DNA of 64,000 bases from Candidatus Aegiribacteria sp. (GTDB lineage: Bacteria; Fermentibacterota; Fermentibacteria; Fermentibacterales; JCC-6), in NCBI GenBank assembly GCA_030594645.1, contig JAUVEU010000001.1, positions 81,405-145,404 of the forward strand, written 5' to 3'. Positions 45,332 to 55,815 of the stretch are shown in pieces. The notes under the pieces were generated by a model. It made no database searches. It worked only from the letters and a program-made list of their open reading frames with translations, and had not been told where the DNA came from. How positions within the stretch are numbered: position 1 is the stretch's first letter; every line of letters begins with the position of its first letter. Both the position numbers and the translations under genes were made by a program.

Positions 45332-47158
45332 TTAGAACTGGTAATTAAGTCCGACAGCAGCCCTCCAGTAACTTTGTCTGTCATCCCTGGAATAGAAAGT
45401 CCTGGTTACGCGGAGGGACAGAATCCCATTATTCAGATTCATTCTCGTCCGAAGCCCGACATGGTGCATGTGCTCGATCAGCGAAGAATTACCGGAGGCT
45501 ATATAGTTCCTCCGAGAGTACTCCCATGCATAACTGGGAGTGAGCCCTATTTTTCCGCCGACATGAAAACCCATATTGAAGGTAATGGTATTGTTAATTA
45601 CCTCCTCGGATCTGCTGAAAACCGAGTTGTCAAAACTTCCCTGATCCTGGAATCTGAATGTGTTGGAAACACCCAGAGTAGTGCTGTCTTCTGCCACTCT
45701 CTGGAACGATGTTGTTGAAACAAGTCTTCTGAACAGCAGGTCTGATCCTGAAGTACCAATCTCCGGGAAAAGAAATGTTGTGTAATCAGCGCTGATCTTG
45801 ATTGATTCCTGCAGTGTCCAGTTACCCCCCGGAAAATACCTGAATCCGGGGTTGAAACTGTATGTGGATGAAATCTTGCTGTTCGCGGATTGCTCCGCCA
45901 TCAGATAAACAGTTTTTCTGCTCTGTCCCTGGATACTCGCATCCAAAGTTACTTTACTGCTGAGCGGGATTTCCGCGGAAAGTGAGAGAACTTCCCTCAA
46001 TTCATCGCGATCGTTGTTATCCCTGTATATATTCCCAAAGGTATCAGTCCATTCTCCGAATGTATCAAACCTGTTGAGCTGAATCAACCGCTCAAATGTA
46101 ATCCGGCTGTCCCCAGGAGTGTATTGAAGGTTGGAGGAAAAGACTCTGTCATCACTGATATCGTATATATCGTAAAGTATTGTATCCGGGGGAGCTGTAC
46201 GCTTTCTATCTTTGTGACTGATCGAACGCGAGAGAGACATGGTCAGTTGAAGATCATCAATTATCTGATATCGCAGGGAGGAGGAAATATTACGCCTTCG
46301 CTCCAGTCTGTCACGTACATCACCCTCTGAACTGGTGGAGTCAGGGTCATCCTCTTCCCAGAAACGATCCATGTAATCCCATCCGGTAGTAATCTCCATA
46401 CTCAGATACTCAAATGGCATTGGTACTACAAAAGAAAGATCACTGTACCAGTCATTCTGCCAGAGACTCTGGGCCGAATCATGATATGCGGTGGACTGCC
46501 TTGATGCTCCAGCCTGAGCGGTAAGATTGCCGCCGTTGAAAACGCTCGGAAATCCGTAACTCAGCCTGGCGGTAAGCTTATCCCTTCCCGTATCCGTCTG
46601 ATGCCCGCGTGTTCTTTGTTCTCCGAATGTAAGATTCCCGTTAAGAGTACTGAAAATGTTCTTGCTAAGGGAGATGTCGACACCGCTCACTCCTCCCTGA
46701 TCATGACCCGATATTGTGCTGTCTCCGGATGGATTTATGTAATCCACGAAATGGGCTCCAAGTTTCATATCAATCGACAGCCATGATGCCGGAGAATAAC
46801 GTATCTGACCGGAAGTAGTATTATTCAGTTGATCCCGAATCATTGTGCCATATCTCTCTTCAGTGCTGATGTTTCTGGAGAGATTTATTCCGAACTCCAA
46901 TCCGGGTCTGGGCTGAAAGGTAACACTCGCGGATCCGACGCGACCTTCTAGAAATCTATGGAGGTCCAGATTCTTCTGAGCTGAAAATGAAGCGCTGGCA
47001 TTCATTGTGATCCTGGATGTGAGCTGATGCACCAGTGATATTGAATTAATAAGTTTACTGCTTTCTTTGAATTGCTCAAGCTCGATGTCATATCCCACTG
47101 AAACAGCGTTGAGTACTGAAACAAACAGAATAAGCAGTAATACGACTGATTTCTTCAT
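45332..47158 (-). CDS. Large outer-membrane beta-barrel protein of unknown function
   Basis: Signal peptide, many amphipathic beta-strands, C-terminal GLNYQF. Confidence 0.7.
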   Translation of the reverse strand: MKKSVVLLLILFVSVLNAVSVGYDIELEQFKESSKLINSISLVHQLTSRITMNASASFSAQKNLDLHRFLEGRVGSASVTFQPRPGLEFGINLSRNISTEERYGTMIRDQLNNTTSGQIRYSPASWLSIDMKLGAHFVDYINPSGDSTISGHDQGGVSGVDISLSKNIFSTLNGNLTFGEQRTRGHQTDTGRDKLTARLSYGFPSVFNGGNLTAQAGASRQSTAYHDSAQSLWQNDWYSDLSFVVPMPFEYLSMEITTGWDYMDRFWEEDDPDSTSSEGDVRDRLERRRNISSSLRYQIIDDLQLTMSLSRSISHKDRKRTAPPDTILYDIYDISDDRVFSSNLQYTPGDSRITFERLIQLNRFDTFGEWTDTFGNIYRDNNDRDELREVLSLSAEIPLSSKVTLDASIQGQSRKTVYLMAEQSANSKISSTYSFNPGFRYFPGGNWTLQESIKISADYTTFLFPEIGTSGSDLLFRRLVSTTSFQRVAEDSTTLGVSNTFRFQDQGSFDNSVFSRSEEVINNTITFNMGFHVGGKIGLTPSYAWEYSRRNYIASGNSSLIEHMHHVGLRTRMNLNNGILSLRVTRTFYSRDDRQSYWRAAVGLNYQF

Positions 47159-47970
47159 TGCAGATTCTCCGCGAGTCTGATAAACATCTCGGGTTTTAGC
47201 TGCTCTGCCCTCAGGCCTGGATCGATTCCTGTTCTGGTCAGAATCTCCAATGACTGATCACGGCCTAAAACCGGCGTCAGATTGTTGAGAATGGTTTTCC
47301 TCCTGGAAGAAAAAGATATATTTACAATTCTTCTGAATTCACTGAACAGCTCGCGAGAAACCATCGGCTCGGATCGTTTCTCAAGAACCACAACCCTTGA
47401 ATAAACCGCAGGAGTCGGATAAAAATCCTCCGGGTCAGCATCAAGAAGTGTGCGTACAGTATAATACGGCCATATCTTCAAAGCCAGTTTTCCGTACTGC
47501 TTTCCCCCGTCTAACGTAGACAGCCTTATGGCAACTTCCCTTTGAAGCATCAGGACTGCTTTCTGTACCTGATCAAAGCCCTCTTCAAGCATTCTGAACA
47601 GTATTGGAGAAGATATCGAATAAGGAAGATTACCCGCAACTGTATGAAACGGAAATCCAGGCAAAGCTTCGGGATTCACAGTGAGAATATCACCTCTTGT
47701 CACTGAAAGGGCTTCATCTTTGAACCTTTTTCGGAGAACATCAACCATTTCAGGAGAAATTTCTACTGCGGAAAGAGATCCGCAGCGACCAAGCAGTTTT
47801 TCAGTAAGAGCACCTAAACCGGGACCGATTTCAAGAACGCTTCCGGCCGTTGAGACTTCCTCAGCGATCCTTGCAGCAATATAACCGTTAACAAGAAAGC
47901 TCTGCCCGAGTTTTCGATTCGGGGTAACTCCTGCTTTCTTCAGAAATTGACGCAACTCTGTGATAAACAT
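47155..47970 (-). CDS. rsmA: 16S rRNA m6,2A1518/1519 dimethyltransferase
   Basis: KLGQSFL, LEIGPGLGALT, GNLPYSIS, MLQREVA and RAEQL. ATG at 47970 overlaps the tatD stop. Confidence 0.93.
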   Translation of the reverse strand: MFITELRQFLKKAGVTPNRKLGQSFLVNGYIAARIAEEVSTAGSVLEIGPGLGALTEKLLGRCGSLSAVEISPEMVDVLRKRFKDEALSVTRGDILTVNPEALPGFPFHTVAGNLPYSISSPILFRMLEEGFDQVQKAVLMLQREVAIRLSTLDGGKQYGKLALKIWPYYTVRTLLDADPEDFYPTPAVYSRVVVLEKRSEPMVSRELFSEFRRIVNISFSSRRKTILNNLTPVLGRDQSLEILTRTGIDPGLRAEQLKPEMFIRLAENLQ

Positions 47971-49328
47971 TATCCTCTGATCCTCAGTGGAAGGTTTATC
48001 TTCAAAGCGTAAGCAGCAACTGATTTCATATCTGCTCCGGGATAGCGAACAGCTGTAAGCCTGGTTCTGCATACTTTCCTTGAAAGCTGAATGAATTTCT
48101 GCAGATTGTCCCACGCTGAATCATTTTCCGGGACGCATACAGCATTGTATTCTTCCATATCAGAAGCGTTGAGACTTATACTGACATCATCGAAAGGTTC
48201 GAGAAGCCCGAGGGTTTCTTCAGGAGACAATCTCTCCAGACATAGACCGTTTGTATTGAGCCGAACAGAGAAACCTTTTTCCGCAACTGTTTTCGCGAGA
48301 GCTTGCAGAAGCTCCGGCCTCATGGTTGGCTCACCGTATCCGCAGAAAACGATTTCTTCAGCCCATTCCGGCTGAAGCGCACCGACAATGTCCTTGAGTG
48401 CCTTGAAAGAAGGCTCTTCGTGGTGCTTCAGATAATACCCGCCTATACCGTCGGTCCTGTCTTTAACACAGAAAAGGCAATGATTAGTGCATCTGCCTGT
48501 AATATTCATGTATATCCTGTTATAGAGCATGTATACAAGATCCGTTCTGGCCACAGGCGCGAGTTGAAAAGCACGAAGCGAATTATCAAGAAGTATCTTC
48601 GAAGCAGAAAGCATATCCATATTCCACAAATCTGCAAGGACACCGGCCGTGTGTATAACATAGGAAGGTTCATTTCTTTTTCCACGAACTGGCTCAGGTG
48701 TCAGGTAAGGGGCATCTGTTTCAACAAGAACCTGTTCTTTCGGCAACAAACCTGCCAATTTCCTGAGTCTGTCATTCCGCCTGTATGTGAGCGGCCCTGC
48801 GAACCCTATGAAGAACCCTCTATCAGCTGCCTCCTGAGCAACCTTATCAGGTCCGGTATAGCAATGCATAATTACCGGTACTTCGGGATTCTCGCCCAGA
48901 ACATCCAGGACAGTTTCTTCTGCATCTCTTGAATGCACTATCAGTGTCAATCCGAAAATCTCCGCCAGATGAATATGTTTCTCGAAAAGCTCAATCTGGA
49001 GCGAAGCGGAAACCCTCTTATGAAAAAAGTCCAGTCCTGTTTCTCCCACAGCGATAACTCCGGGGTATAGTACTGTCCTTGCGATGTCAGTGAGCATATC
49101 AGCAGAGTTGATATCTGCTTCATTCGGATGGATTCCGGCAGCTGCGAATACCCCCTGATACTTCCCGGATAATTGTGCAGCCTTCCGACTGCTTTCCGGT
49201 GTTATTCCCGGAACCATTATCCTGGTAACGTTGAACTTGTCCGCATTTGAAAGAACACGCTCAAGATCATCATCATATCGCTCATCACAGAGATGACAGT
49301 GTGTATCGAAAAAACCTACATTCTCCAG
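47970..49328 (-). CDS. tatD: TatD family nuclease fused to a C-terminal radical SAM domain
   Basis: In-frame FDTHCHL upstream of the annotated ATG, GIHP, GETGLD, HSR, HC and ETDAP; C-terminal CTNHCLFC and FCGYGEP. Probable CTG start at 49328. Confidence 0.88.
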   Translation of the reverse strand: MENVGFFDTHCHLCDERYDDDLERVLSNADKFNVTRIMVPGITPESSRKAAQLSGKYQGVFAAAGIHPNEADINSADMLTDIARTVLYPGVIAVGETGLDFFHKRVSASLQIELFEKHIHLAEIFGLTLIVHSRDAEETVLDVLGENPEVPVIMHCYTGPDKVAQEAADRGFFIGFAGPLTYRRNDRLRKLAGLLPKEQVLVETDAPYLTPEPVRGKRNEPSYVIHTAGVLADLWNMDMLSASKILLDNSLRAFQLAPVARTDLVYMLYNRIYMNITGRCTNHCLFCVKDRTDGIGGYYLKHHEEPSFKALKDIVGALQPEWAEEIVFCGYGEPTMRPELLQALAKTVAEKGFSVRLNTNGLCLERLSPEETLGLLEPFDDVSISLNASDMEEYNAVCVPENDSAWDNLQKFIQLSRKVCRTRLTAVRYPGADMKSVAAYALKINLPLRIRG

Positions 49329-50590
49329 ATCAGATCCTCCCTGGCAGGTCCTGTGGAAATTGCTTTGATGGGTACTCCGATAAGCTTCTCAATGAACAGT
49401 ACATACTGTTTCGCATTTTCAGGCAGAGTTTCCCAGTCCCGTTCTCCGGAAATGTTTTCTTCCCAGCCGGGCAGAGTCTCGTATACAGGGGTATGATTCC
49501 CCAGTCTTGCCCCTGTTTCGAACAGTGTGAGATCTGTTTCAGGGTCAAGTACGTACTTCTTGCAGACTTTCAGTTCCGGTATACCGCTCAGCACATCCAG
49601 AAGCGTTAGAGCAGTCCAGGTGCATCCATTTATCCTGGCCGTGTAATTCGTCAGAACGGCATCAAACCACCCGCATCTTCTGGGTCTTCCTGTAGTTGCG
49701 CCATATTCGTTTCCCTGCTCTCTGATTTGTTCGCCGAGCGCGCAGGTAAGCTCAGTGGGAAACGGTCCGTTCCCTACCCTGGTGGAATAGGCTTTCATGA
49801 CTCCGACAACTTCATCAATCCTTACCGGTCCTATCCCGAGACTGGTGCATGCCGCTCCCGCTACACACGAACCGCATGTAACAAAGGGATATGTGCCATG
49901 ATCAGGATCAAGAAGAGTTCCCTGTGCTCCTTCAGCGATAACGGAACCATCATTGTCCAGTATTCTTGCCAGAAGAAGAGATACATCCTCAGCATATTCA
50001 ACAAGTTTCAGAGATATACTGTTGAAAATTTCCACTTCACTGTTGAGAGATCTTATCTCATCTTCAGATAGATCAAGTGTTTTCAGGCAATCTTCGGTTA
50101 TCAGCGCGGATTTCTCCAGGAATATGTCCGGCATCGCAGCATCCTCCAGCCGGATACCTTTCCGCATGAATTTCCGGACATATGTCGGGCCGATTCCTCT
50201 ATATGTAGTTCCTATTGCTGAAACGCCTCTTTCACCTTCATTTTTTTTCTCGAAGTACTTGCCAGCAGGATGTACAAGATGCACTTTTCCGGAAATAGAA
50301 AACCTGTCCGAGATCGAGATTCCGTTTGTTTCCAGTGTCTTGATTTCATCCATCAGGGCTGCAGGGTCCAACACACATCCGGCGCCAATGATTCCAAGGG
50401 GATCAGGGTGAATCAGTCCGCTCGGAAGCTGGTGGAGAGCAATCCTGCGCCCTCCTGTTTCAACGGTATGCCCCGCGTTCGCACCCCCTGAAAACCTCGC
50501 CACTGCATCAGCGGTTCCAGAAAGGTGATCAACCATTTTTCCCTTGCCTTCATCTCCCCATTGCAACCCTGTTAATATGGTCGCCGGCAT
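49316..50590 (-). CDS. purA: Adenylosuccinate synthetase
   Basis: QWGDEGKGK, GGANAGHT, EGAQG..LD.DHGTYPFVT and GATTGRPRRCGW. Confidence 0.96.
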   Translation of the reverse strand: MPATILTGLQWGDEGKGKMVDHLSGTADAVARFSGGANAGHTVETGGRRIALHQLPSGLIHPDPLGIIGAGCVLDPAALMDEIKTLETNGISISDRFSISGKVHLVHPAGKYFEKKNEGERGVSAIGTTYRGIGPTYVRKFMRKGIRLEDAAMPDIFLEKSALITEDCLKTLDLSEDEIRSLNSEVEIFNSISLKLVEYAEDVSLLLARILDNDGSVIAEGAQGTLLDPDHGTYPFVTCGSCVAGAACTSLGIGPVRIDEVVGVMKAYSTRVGNGPFPTELTCALGEQIREQGNEYGATTGRPRRCGWFDAVLTNYTARINGCTWTALTLLDVLSGIPELKVCKKYVLDPETDLTLFETGARLGNHTPVYETLPGWEENISGERDWETLPENAKQYVLFIEKLIGVPIKAISTGPAREDLIWRM

Positions 50591-50600
50591 GATAATCCTT

Positions 50601-51170
50601 TCATTTTGAGACAGCCTGGAAAAGCCATTTTTTCAATTCCTTTATCCCTGATCCCGTAATTGATGACACTGGAATTACAGGCCCCATATCCTGAGCTTTT
50701 CTGACCGCTGAAGCAAGTTTCCCCTTTTTCAGTTTATCCGATTTAGTAAGCGCAATTACATATGGTCTCCCCCGGTTCTTCAGGAACTCAACCATTTCCA
50801 TATCAATAGGGAGACACGGATGTCTTGCGTCAACCAGCAGCACAACTCCCCGTAGAGGCAATCTTTCCATCAGATAGGTCATGATCCAGCCGGCCCACTC
50901 TGCGCGATTCTTTGATGGTGCCCGAGCATATCCGTATCCGGGAAGATCTACAATGTAGTAACTGCCGGAAACCGAGTAAAGATTGAGAAACTGTGTGCAG
51001 CCCGGTCTGGAACTTGTCCGGGCTACGGCTGTGCCCCCGTTCAATCTGTTAAGAAGTGATGATTTACCCACATTGGATCGACCGGCAAAAGATACTTCAG
51101 GCAGCCCGTCTTGGGGTAGACTCCCGGAACCGGGACAACTTCGAAGAAATTTAACATTCATTAAAGACAT
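50601..51170 (-). CDS. engB: Ribosome biogenesis GTPase YihA/YsxC
   Basis: GRSNVGKS, DLPGYGYA and TKSDK. Confidence 0.93.
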   Translation of the reverse strand: MSLMNVKFLRSCPGSGSLPQDGLPEVSFAGRSNVGKSSLLNRLNGGTAVARTSSRPGCTQFLNLYSVSGSYYIVDLPGYGYARAPSKNRAEWAGWIMTYLMERLPLRGVVLLVDARHPCLPIDMEMVEFLKNRGRPYVIALTKSDKLKKGKLASAVRKAQDMGPVIPVSSITGSGIKELKKWLFQAVSK

Positions 51171-51187
51171 TACTTAATAAAGTCGTT

Positions 51188-52447
51188 TCAGCCGGCTTTT
51201 CCGGTTTCCTTCTTTTTCCGGGATCTGACAATCCTCGGTTCTGATTCCCCTCTGATCACAGCAGGAGAAACCACGAGTTTGCTCACATCATCAAGATCAG
51301 GCAGATAGTACATCGGTTCCAGAAGTACATTCTCGATTACGGAACGTAATCCCCTGGCTCCGGTGCCAATCTTTTTCGCTGTCTGCGCAACTTCTTTGAG
51401 GGCACTTTTTGTAAACTCAAGTTTTACATTCTCGAGTTCAAAAAGGTATTCGTACTGCCGTACAAGGGCATTCCTGGGCTTTGTAAGAACGTTGACAAGA
51501 TCATCAATATCCAGATCATCAAGTGCCACATGAACGGGCAGTCTGCCGACAAGTTCGGGAACCAGGCCATATCTGACCAGATCATGCGGTTGAACGTTAG
51601 TCATAATATTGGTGTCACTGTCAACAACTGTGTTGATAGATGCACTGAATCCCATTGAGCTTTTTTTAAGACGTTTCTCTATGATCTTTTCCAGATCATT
51701 GAATGCGCCACCACAGATGAAGAGGATATCGCTGGTATCTACGAGAATATTATCCTGATAAGGGTGTTTCCTGCCACCCTGAGGAGGTACGCTTGCAACA
51801 GTTCCTTCAATGATCTTCAGAAGAGCCTGCTGTACTCCCTCACCGGACACATCCCTTGTAATAGATGGATTCTCAGACTTTCTCGAAATTTTATCAAGTT
51901 CGTCTATATAGATGATACCCTGTTGCGCGGCAAGAACATCCATGTCAGTAACCTGAAGCAGTCTGAGCAGGATGTTCTCGACATCCTCTCCGACATACCC
52001 CGCTTCTGTAAGTGTGGTAGCATCCGCTATTGCAAAAGGAACATCCAGTATTCGAGCCAGAGTCTGCGCCAGAAGCGTCTTTCCGACGCCTGTGGGCCCC
52101 ATCAGGAGAATATTGCTTTTCTCGAGTTCAACATCCCCGGAATTGTTTCTGGATCGCAATCTTTTGTAATGGTTGTAAACGGCAACCGAAAGAACCTTTT
52201 TGGCCTGCTCCTGACCGACCACATATTCATCCAGCTGCGCCTTTATCTCGGAAGGAACAGGCAGGATCTCCTTTACGAGTTCCGGAACCTCGGGCTTGAT
52301 GTCCTTTTCAATCTCAACCAGTTCGTTGCAGTACCTTATACACTCATCGCAGATATGAACACCGGGGCCCTGTATCAGCTGCTTGACCTCAGCAATTGAT
52401 CTTCCACAGAATGAACACTTTTTTTCCTTACCCATAATATTTCCCAT
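51188..52447 (-). CDS. clpX: ATP-dependent Clp protease ATP-binding subunit
   Basis: CSFCG..ICDEC zinc domain, [19 protein letters not shown] and [10 protein letters not shown]. Confidence 0.97.
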   Translation of the reverse strand: MGNIMGKEKKCSFCGRSIAEVKQLIQGPGVHICDECIRYCNELVEIEKDIKPEVPELVKEILPVPSEIKAQLDEYVVGQEQAKKVLSVAVYNHYKRLRSRNNSGDVELEKSNILLMGPTGVGKTLLAQTLARILDVPFAIADATTLTEAGYVGEDVENILLRLLQVTDMDVLAAQQGIIYIDELDKISRKSENPSITRDVSGEGVQQALLKIIEGTVASVPPQGGRKHPYQDNILVDTSDILFICGGAFNDLEKIIEKRLKKSSMGFSASINTVVDSDTNIMTNVQPHDLVRYGLVPELVGRLPVHVALDDLDIDDLVNVLTKPRNALVRQYEYLFELENVKLEFTKSALKEVAQTAKKIGTGARGLRSVIENVLLEPMYYLPDLDDVSKLVVSPAVIRGESEPRIVRSRKKKETGKAG

Positions 52448-53034
52448 CAAGTCCTGGATAAAAGCATGTTGTCGACTATACCGTAATCAACCGCTTCCTG
52501 TGCGCCCATCCAGAAGTTCCTGTCAGTATCCGTGGTTATTCTTTCGAGCGACTGCCCTGTATGCTCAGCAAGAATAACATTCAGTGTTTCCTTCAGTTTA
52601 GTAATCTCCCTCGCCTGTATCTCTATATCTGTGGCCTGCCCCTGGGCTCCCCCCATTGGCTGATGAATCATCACTCTGGCATGAGGAAGAATGTTCCGTT
52701 TGCCCTTCGCGCCTGCAGCCAGAAGGACTGCTGCCATACTTGCGGCAGTACCCATACAGAATGTAGCTATCGGTGGTTTAATGAACTGCATTGTATCGTA
52801 AATAGCAAGCCCTGATGAAACCATGCCTCCAGGGCTGCTGATATACATGTTGATGTCCTTTTTGGAATCCTCTCCTTCAAGAAACAACAACTGGGCAACA
52901 ATCAGGCTTGCGGTCTGACCGGTCATGGTATCACCTACAAATATGATCCGCTCCTTCAGAAGGCGTGAATAAATGTCGTAGGATCTTTCCCTGTTTCCTT
53001 CTCGCTCTACAACAAACGGTATGATAGATGGCAT
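52447..53034 (-). CDS. clpP: ATP-dependent Clp protease proteolytic subunit
   Basis: [21 protein letters not shown] and DRNFW. Confidence 0.97.
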   Translation of the reverse strand: MPSIIPFVVEREGNRERSYDIYSRLLKERIIFVGDTMTGQTASLIVAQLLFLEGEDSKKDINMYISSPGGMVSSGLAIYDTMQFIKPPIATFCMGTAASMAAVLLAAGAKGKRNILPHARVMIHQPMGGAQGQATDIEIQAREITKLKETLNVILAEHTGQSLERITTDTDRNFWMGAQEAVDYGIVDNMLLSRT

Positions 53035-54311
53035 CAGGATTGCTCCTCTTCCTTGGATATTTCCTTATCCGGTTCTGCTCCGTTATCCTCAACACCTATC
53101 CAGTGCCAGGATGACTCCGGTTCCTCCACGGAAGTATCCTTGTCTTTTCCCTTTCGGGGGTCTTTTTCGATGATATCTGCACGATCAAGGATAAGTTCCA
53201 CAGCTTTTCTGTTTCTGAGTCTGTCCAGAACGGATGCAGCCGATTCCTCAGGATTCTTTTCAGTATCAATATCCTCTTCAGTGATTTCGATATTTTCCTT
53301 CAAAGCAACGGCTCTGAGTACAAGGAATTCCCGAACCTTCTTCAGAGCAAGTTCTTTTGTCGCTTCTCTGGTTTCCTGGCCGGGTTCTTCTTCCCCAAGC
53401 CTTTCAAGGTAGTCCTGTGTCAGATTATCTACCATATACACAGGCGGGTCGAACGGGTTGCTTTCCAGAAGACTGTCGATGGCTTCTCTTTCTTTAAGAA
53501 ATATTATTTCCTGATCGTAGCGATTTCTGACGCTTTCCTCAACTTTTTTTCGGAGATCTTCCAAACTGTCAACGTCGGCTGCTTTCTTTGCAAATTCATC
53601 GTTAAGCTCGGGAAGAACAGGGTGTCTGATGTCCGTTATCCTGAACTTATGAACAGGATGAAGGTTATCCCCTGTATCATTATCCATCCTGGCCAGGAAC
53701 TGTGTACCGACTGCAGTTCCCAGAACCAGTTCATCAAAACCGGTACCAATCTGCGACTCTCCGATTCTTACACTGAACTTCTGCGGTTCTCCCGAATCCC
53801 CGTCCGGTACAGCTTCAAGCAGCACAAGGTCACCTTCTTCAGATGGTCTGTCAACTGTTTCAAAGCTGACCATTTTATCACGGAATGAATCTATCGTATT
53901 TTCTACTGCGGTTTCAATATCAAGTGAAGGCAGCTCTATTTTAACACCATCGATGCCTGAGGGTTCAGGGGTTTCATAGAGTGAAAAGGTCATTTCGAAA
54001 GAGTACGCTTTCTCCTCCGAAGGAAGCTCAATCTTTCCATCAGGATCGTTATCATCAAGTATCCAGTCTTCTTTTTCAAGCATTTCCGAAGTGAGTTCCC
54101 GCCTGACGATATCAGCGACTTCCGCCTTTATTATATTTCCATACTGCTTTTCAATAATAGACCGTGGAATCTTACCTGGTCTGAACCCCGGTATTTCAAG
54201 ATTTTTTGTAATCTGCTTGCGAATATCACGGAAATGAGATGATATTCTGTCTGATGATTCCGTAAAACATACGATTCTTCTGTTCTCTTCTGACTTCACA
54301 ATGTCATACAT
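53034..54311 (-). CDS. tig: Trigger factor
   Basis: [10 protein letters not shown] ribosome-binding motif and [10 protein letters not shown]; located between tRNA-Leu and clpP. ATG at 54311 (the longer ORF runs into the tRNA). Confidence 0.9.
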   Translation of the reverse strand: MYDIVKSEENRRIVCFTESSDRISSHFRDIRKQITKNLEIPGFRPGKIPRSIIEKQYGNIIKAEVADIVRRELTSEMLEKEDWILDDNDPDGKIELPSEEKAYSFEMTFSLYETPEPSGIDGVKIELPSLDIETAVENTIDSFRDKMVSFETVDRPSEEGDLVLLEAVPDGDSGEPQKFSVRIGESQIGTGFDELVLGTAVGTQFLARMDNDTGDNLHPVHKFRITDIRHPVLPELNDEFAKKAADVDSLEDLRKKVEESVRNRYDQEIIFLKEREAIDSLLESNPFDPPVYMVDNLTQDYLERLGEEEPGQETREATKELALKKVREFLVLRAVALKENIEITEEDIDTEKNPEESAASVLDRLRNRKAVELILDRADIIEKDPRKGKDKDTSVEEPESSWHWIGVEDNGAEPDKEISKEEEQS

Positions 54312-54332
54312 CAGTTGTTCTTTCCTTTGAAG

Positions 54333-54418
54333 TGGTGCGAGAGGGGGGACTTGAACCCCCACAAGCCCAGCTTACCAGATCCTAAATCTGGCGCGTCTGC
54401 CAATTCCGCCACTCTCGC
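54333..54418 (-). tRNA. tRNA-Leu (anticodon TAG)
   Basis: GCGAGAG acceptor stem, GGCGGAATTGGCAGACGC D-arm, CCAGA-TTTAGGA-TCTGG anticodon arm, long variable arm, GGTTCAAGTCC T-arm and encoded CCA. Confidence 0.96.
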
Positions 54419-54448
54419 AATCAATGATCAGTAAATGTGCAACCGCCA

Positions 54449-54477
54449 AATATGCACGGATAAAACATTTCCGTCAA
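54449..54477 (-). promoter_or_regulatory. Putative sigma70 promoter for tRNA-Leu/tig
   Basis: TTGACG-N17-CATATT with TG before the -10, 30 nt upstream of the tRNA. Confidence 0.55.
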
Positions 54478-54547
54478 AGATCATAATCCCGGAAGCAGGA
54501 ATCGTCTTTATCGCGATCCTGGAGGGGAACATACAATCAGTTTATCG

Positions 54548-55234
54548 TTAATCCTGTTCAGGGCGGTACTGCTCCCTTACAAGAGCAGCCTCATCACTCT
54601 CAGGATATCTGTTGAGCAGAAGATCAAAGAGACGGTCTCTCTCGAAAGGAGCGCTGTGAGAACCGTAGATATCAGCTGCCCTGAATATTGCTCCTGCAGC
54701 CCATTCGGAACCTGGATACATGTAATACAGGGCTACCAGATCCTCTATGGCACGATGCGATTGTCCTGTTGACTCCCAGCAGATAGCCATGTAATACAAA
54801 GCGTCATCAGCAAGAGAAGAGGTCGGGTATTTCTCATGAAGTTCCATGAATCCACGTGCTGATATCTCGAAACTCCCCTGTTGGAACTGCCTGTAAGCCT
54901 CTTCGTAGAGAAGTCTGGCGTCGGGTCCGGAGACAGGATCCAGTTCAGTGATTCCACCCGTACTGCCAAGCCTGGTCAATGCAAGAGCAAGTTCGTCAGC
55001 AATAGCGGTAAGCCTCTCGATCTCAGAGGAAGTCCGGGAGCCTGACTGAGCCTGAAGCCCTCTCAGAAGATTCTCATTCTCTTTCATGGCCTGGGTCAGA
55101 GAATCGATTTCAACCCGCATCTCCGACTGCCCGGTTTCAATGTCAACGATTTCCTCCGGAGTATGAACCCAGAAACCAAGACATCCGGTGAATGTAAGTG
55201 ACAGAAAAACCGCAGTAATAATTCCTCGAATCAT
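54548..55234 (-). CDS. cpoB: Tol-Pal TPR protein CpoB/YbgF-like lipoprotein
   Basis: Lipobox FTGC, coiled coil, YP.S.LADDALY TPRs; downstream of pal. Confidence 0.8.
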   Translation of the reverse strand: MIRGIITAVFLSLTFTGCLGFWVHTPEEIVDIETGQSEMRVEIDSLTQAMKENENLLRGLQAQSGSRTSSEIERLTAIADELALALTRLGSTGGITELDPVSGPDARLLYEEAYRQFQQGSFEISARGFMELHEKYPTSSLADDALYYMAICWESTGQSHRAIEDLVALYYMYPGSEWAAGAIFRAADIYGSHSAPFERDRLFDLLLNRYPESDEAALVREQYRPEQD

Positions 55235-55235
55235 A

Positions 55236-55778
55236 TCAGTTTCCTGGAAGAACTCTGAAGTGAGCTCTCCTGTTCAAAGCCCAGGCCTGTTCGGTATGAG
55301 CTGGATCAAAGGGGCGTTCCTTGCCGTAACTGACAAACTGAAGTCGGGTGGAAGCTACGCCGTAGTTAACAAGATAGTTATAAACAGAAAGAGCTCTGTT
55401 CTCTCCAAGAGCAAGGTTGTAATCAATAGTGCCTCTTTCGTCACAGTGACCCTCGATAAGGATTCTGAATCCTGGTGTTTCCAGCATATAGGACGAGTTC
55501 TGCATCAGTATGTCAAGAACTTCAGGTGACAATTCGTCACTGTCGTAGCTGAAAAATACATCGTTCAGATTTTCCTGGTGAACGAGAAGCAGTTCCATAC
55601 CGGACAGCAGCGTATCTGTTTCCCATACTCCCGTAAGAGTATCCGCGAATTCTTCTATAAAAACAGTGGTTGTATCATCTCCGTCCGGAATAGTGTCATC
55701 CGGTCTGCAGCCCGAGATGGACATTGCAAGCACAAGCATAAAGGATACGGCAAGCGCCGTTGTCAATCGAACTCTCAT
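55236..55778 (-). CDS. pal: Peptidoglycan-associated lipoprotein
   Basis: ISGC lipobox, IEGHCDERGT.DYNLALGE.RA, SYGKERP and NRRA. Confidence 0.92.
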   Translation of the reverse strand: MRVRLTTALAVSFMLVLAMSISGCRPDDTIPDGDDTTTVFIEEFADTLTGVWETDTLLSGMELLLVHQENLNDVFFSYDSDELSPEVLDILMQNSSYMLETPGFRILIEGHCDERGTIDYNLALGENRALSVYNYLVNYGVASTRLQFVSYGKERPFDPAHTEQAWALNRRAHFRVLPGN

Positions 55779-55815
55779 TATAATCATCCTTCCTTTCATG
55801 GGAGTAATGATCGAA

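Noticed and set aside
50601..52447. Absence of lon between clpX and engB
   Set aside because: Direct clpX-engB adjacency is common and not informative.
54333..54418. tRNA-Leu as an island integration site
   Set aside because: Flanked by core genes (cpoB, tig); no integrase and no duplicated tRNA 3' end seen in the window.
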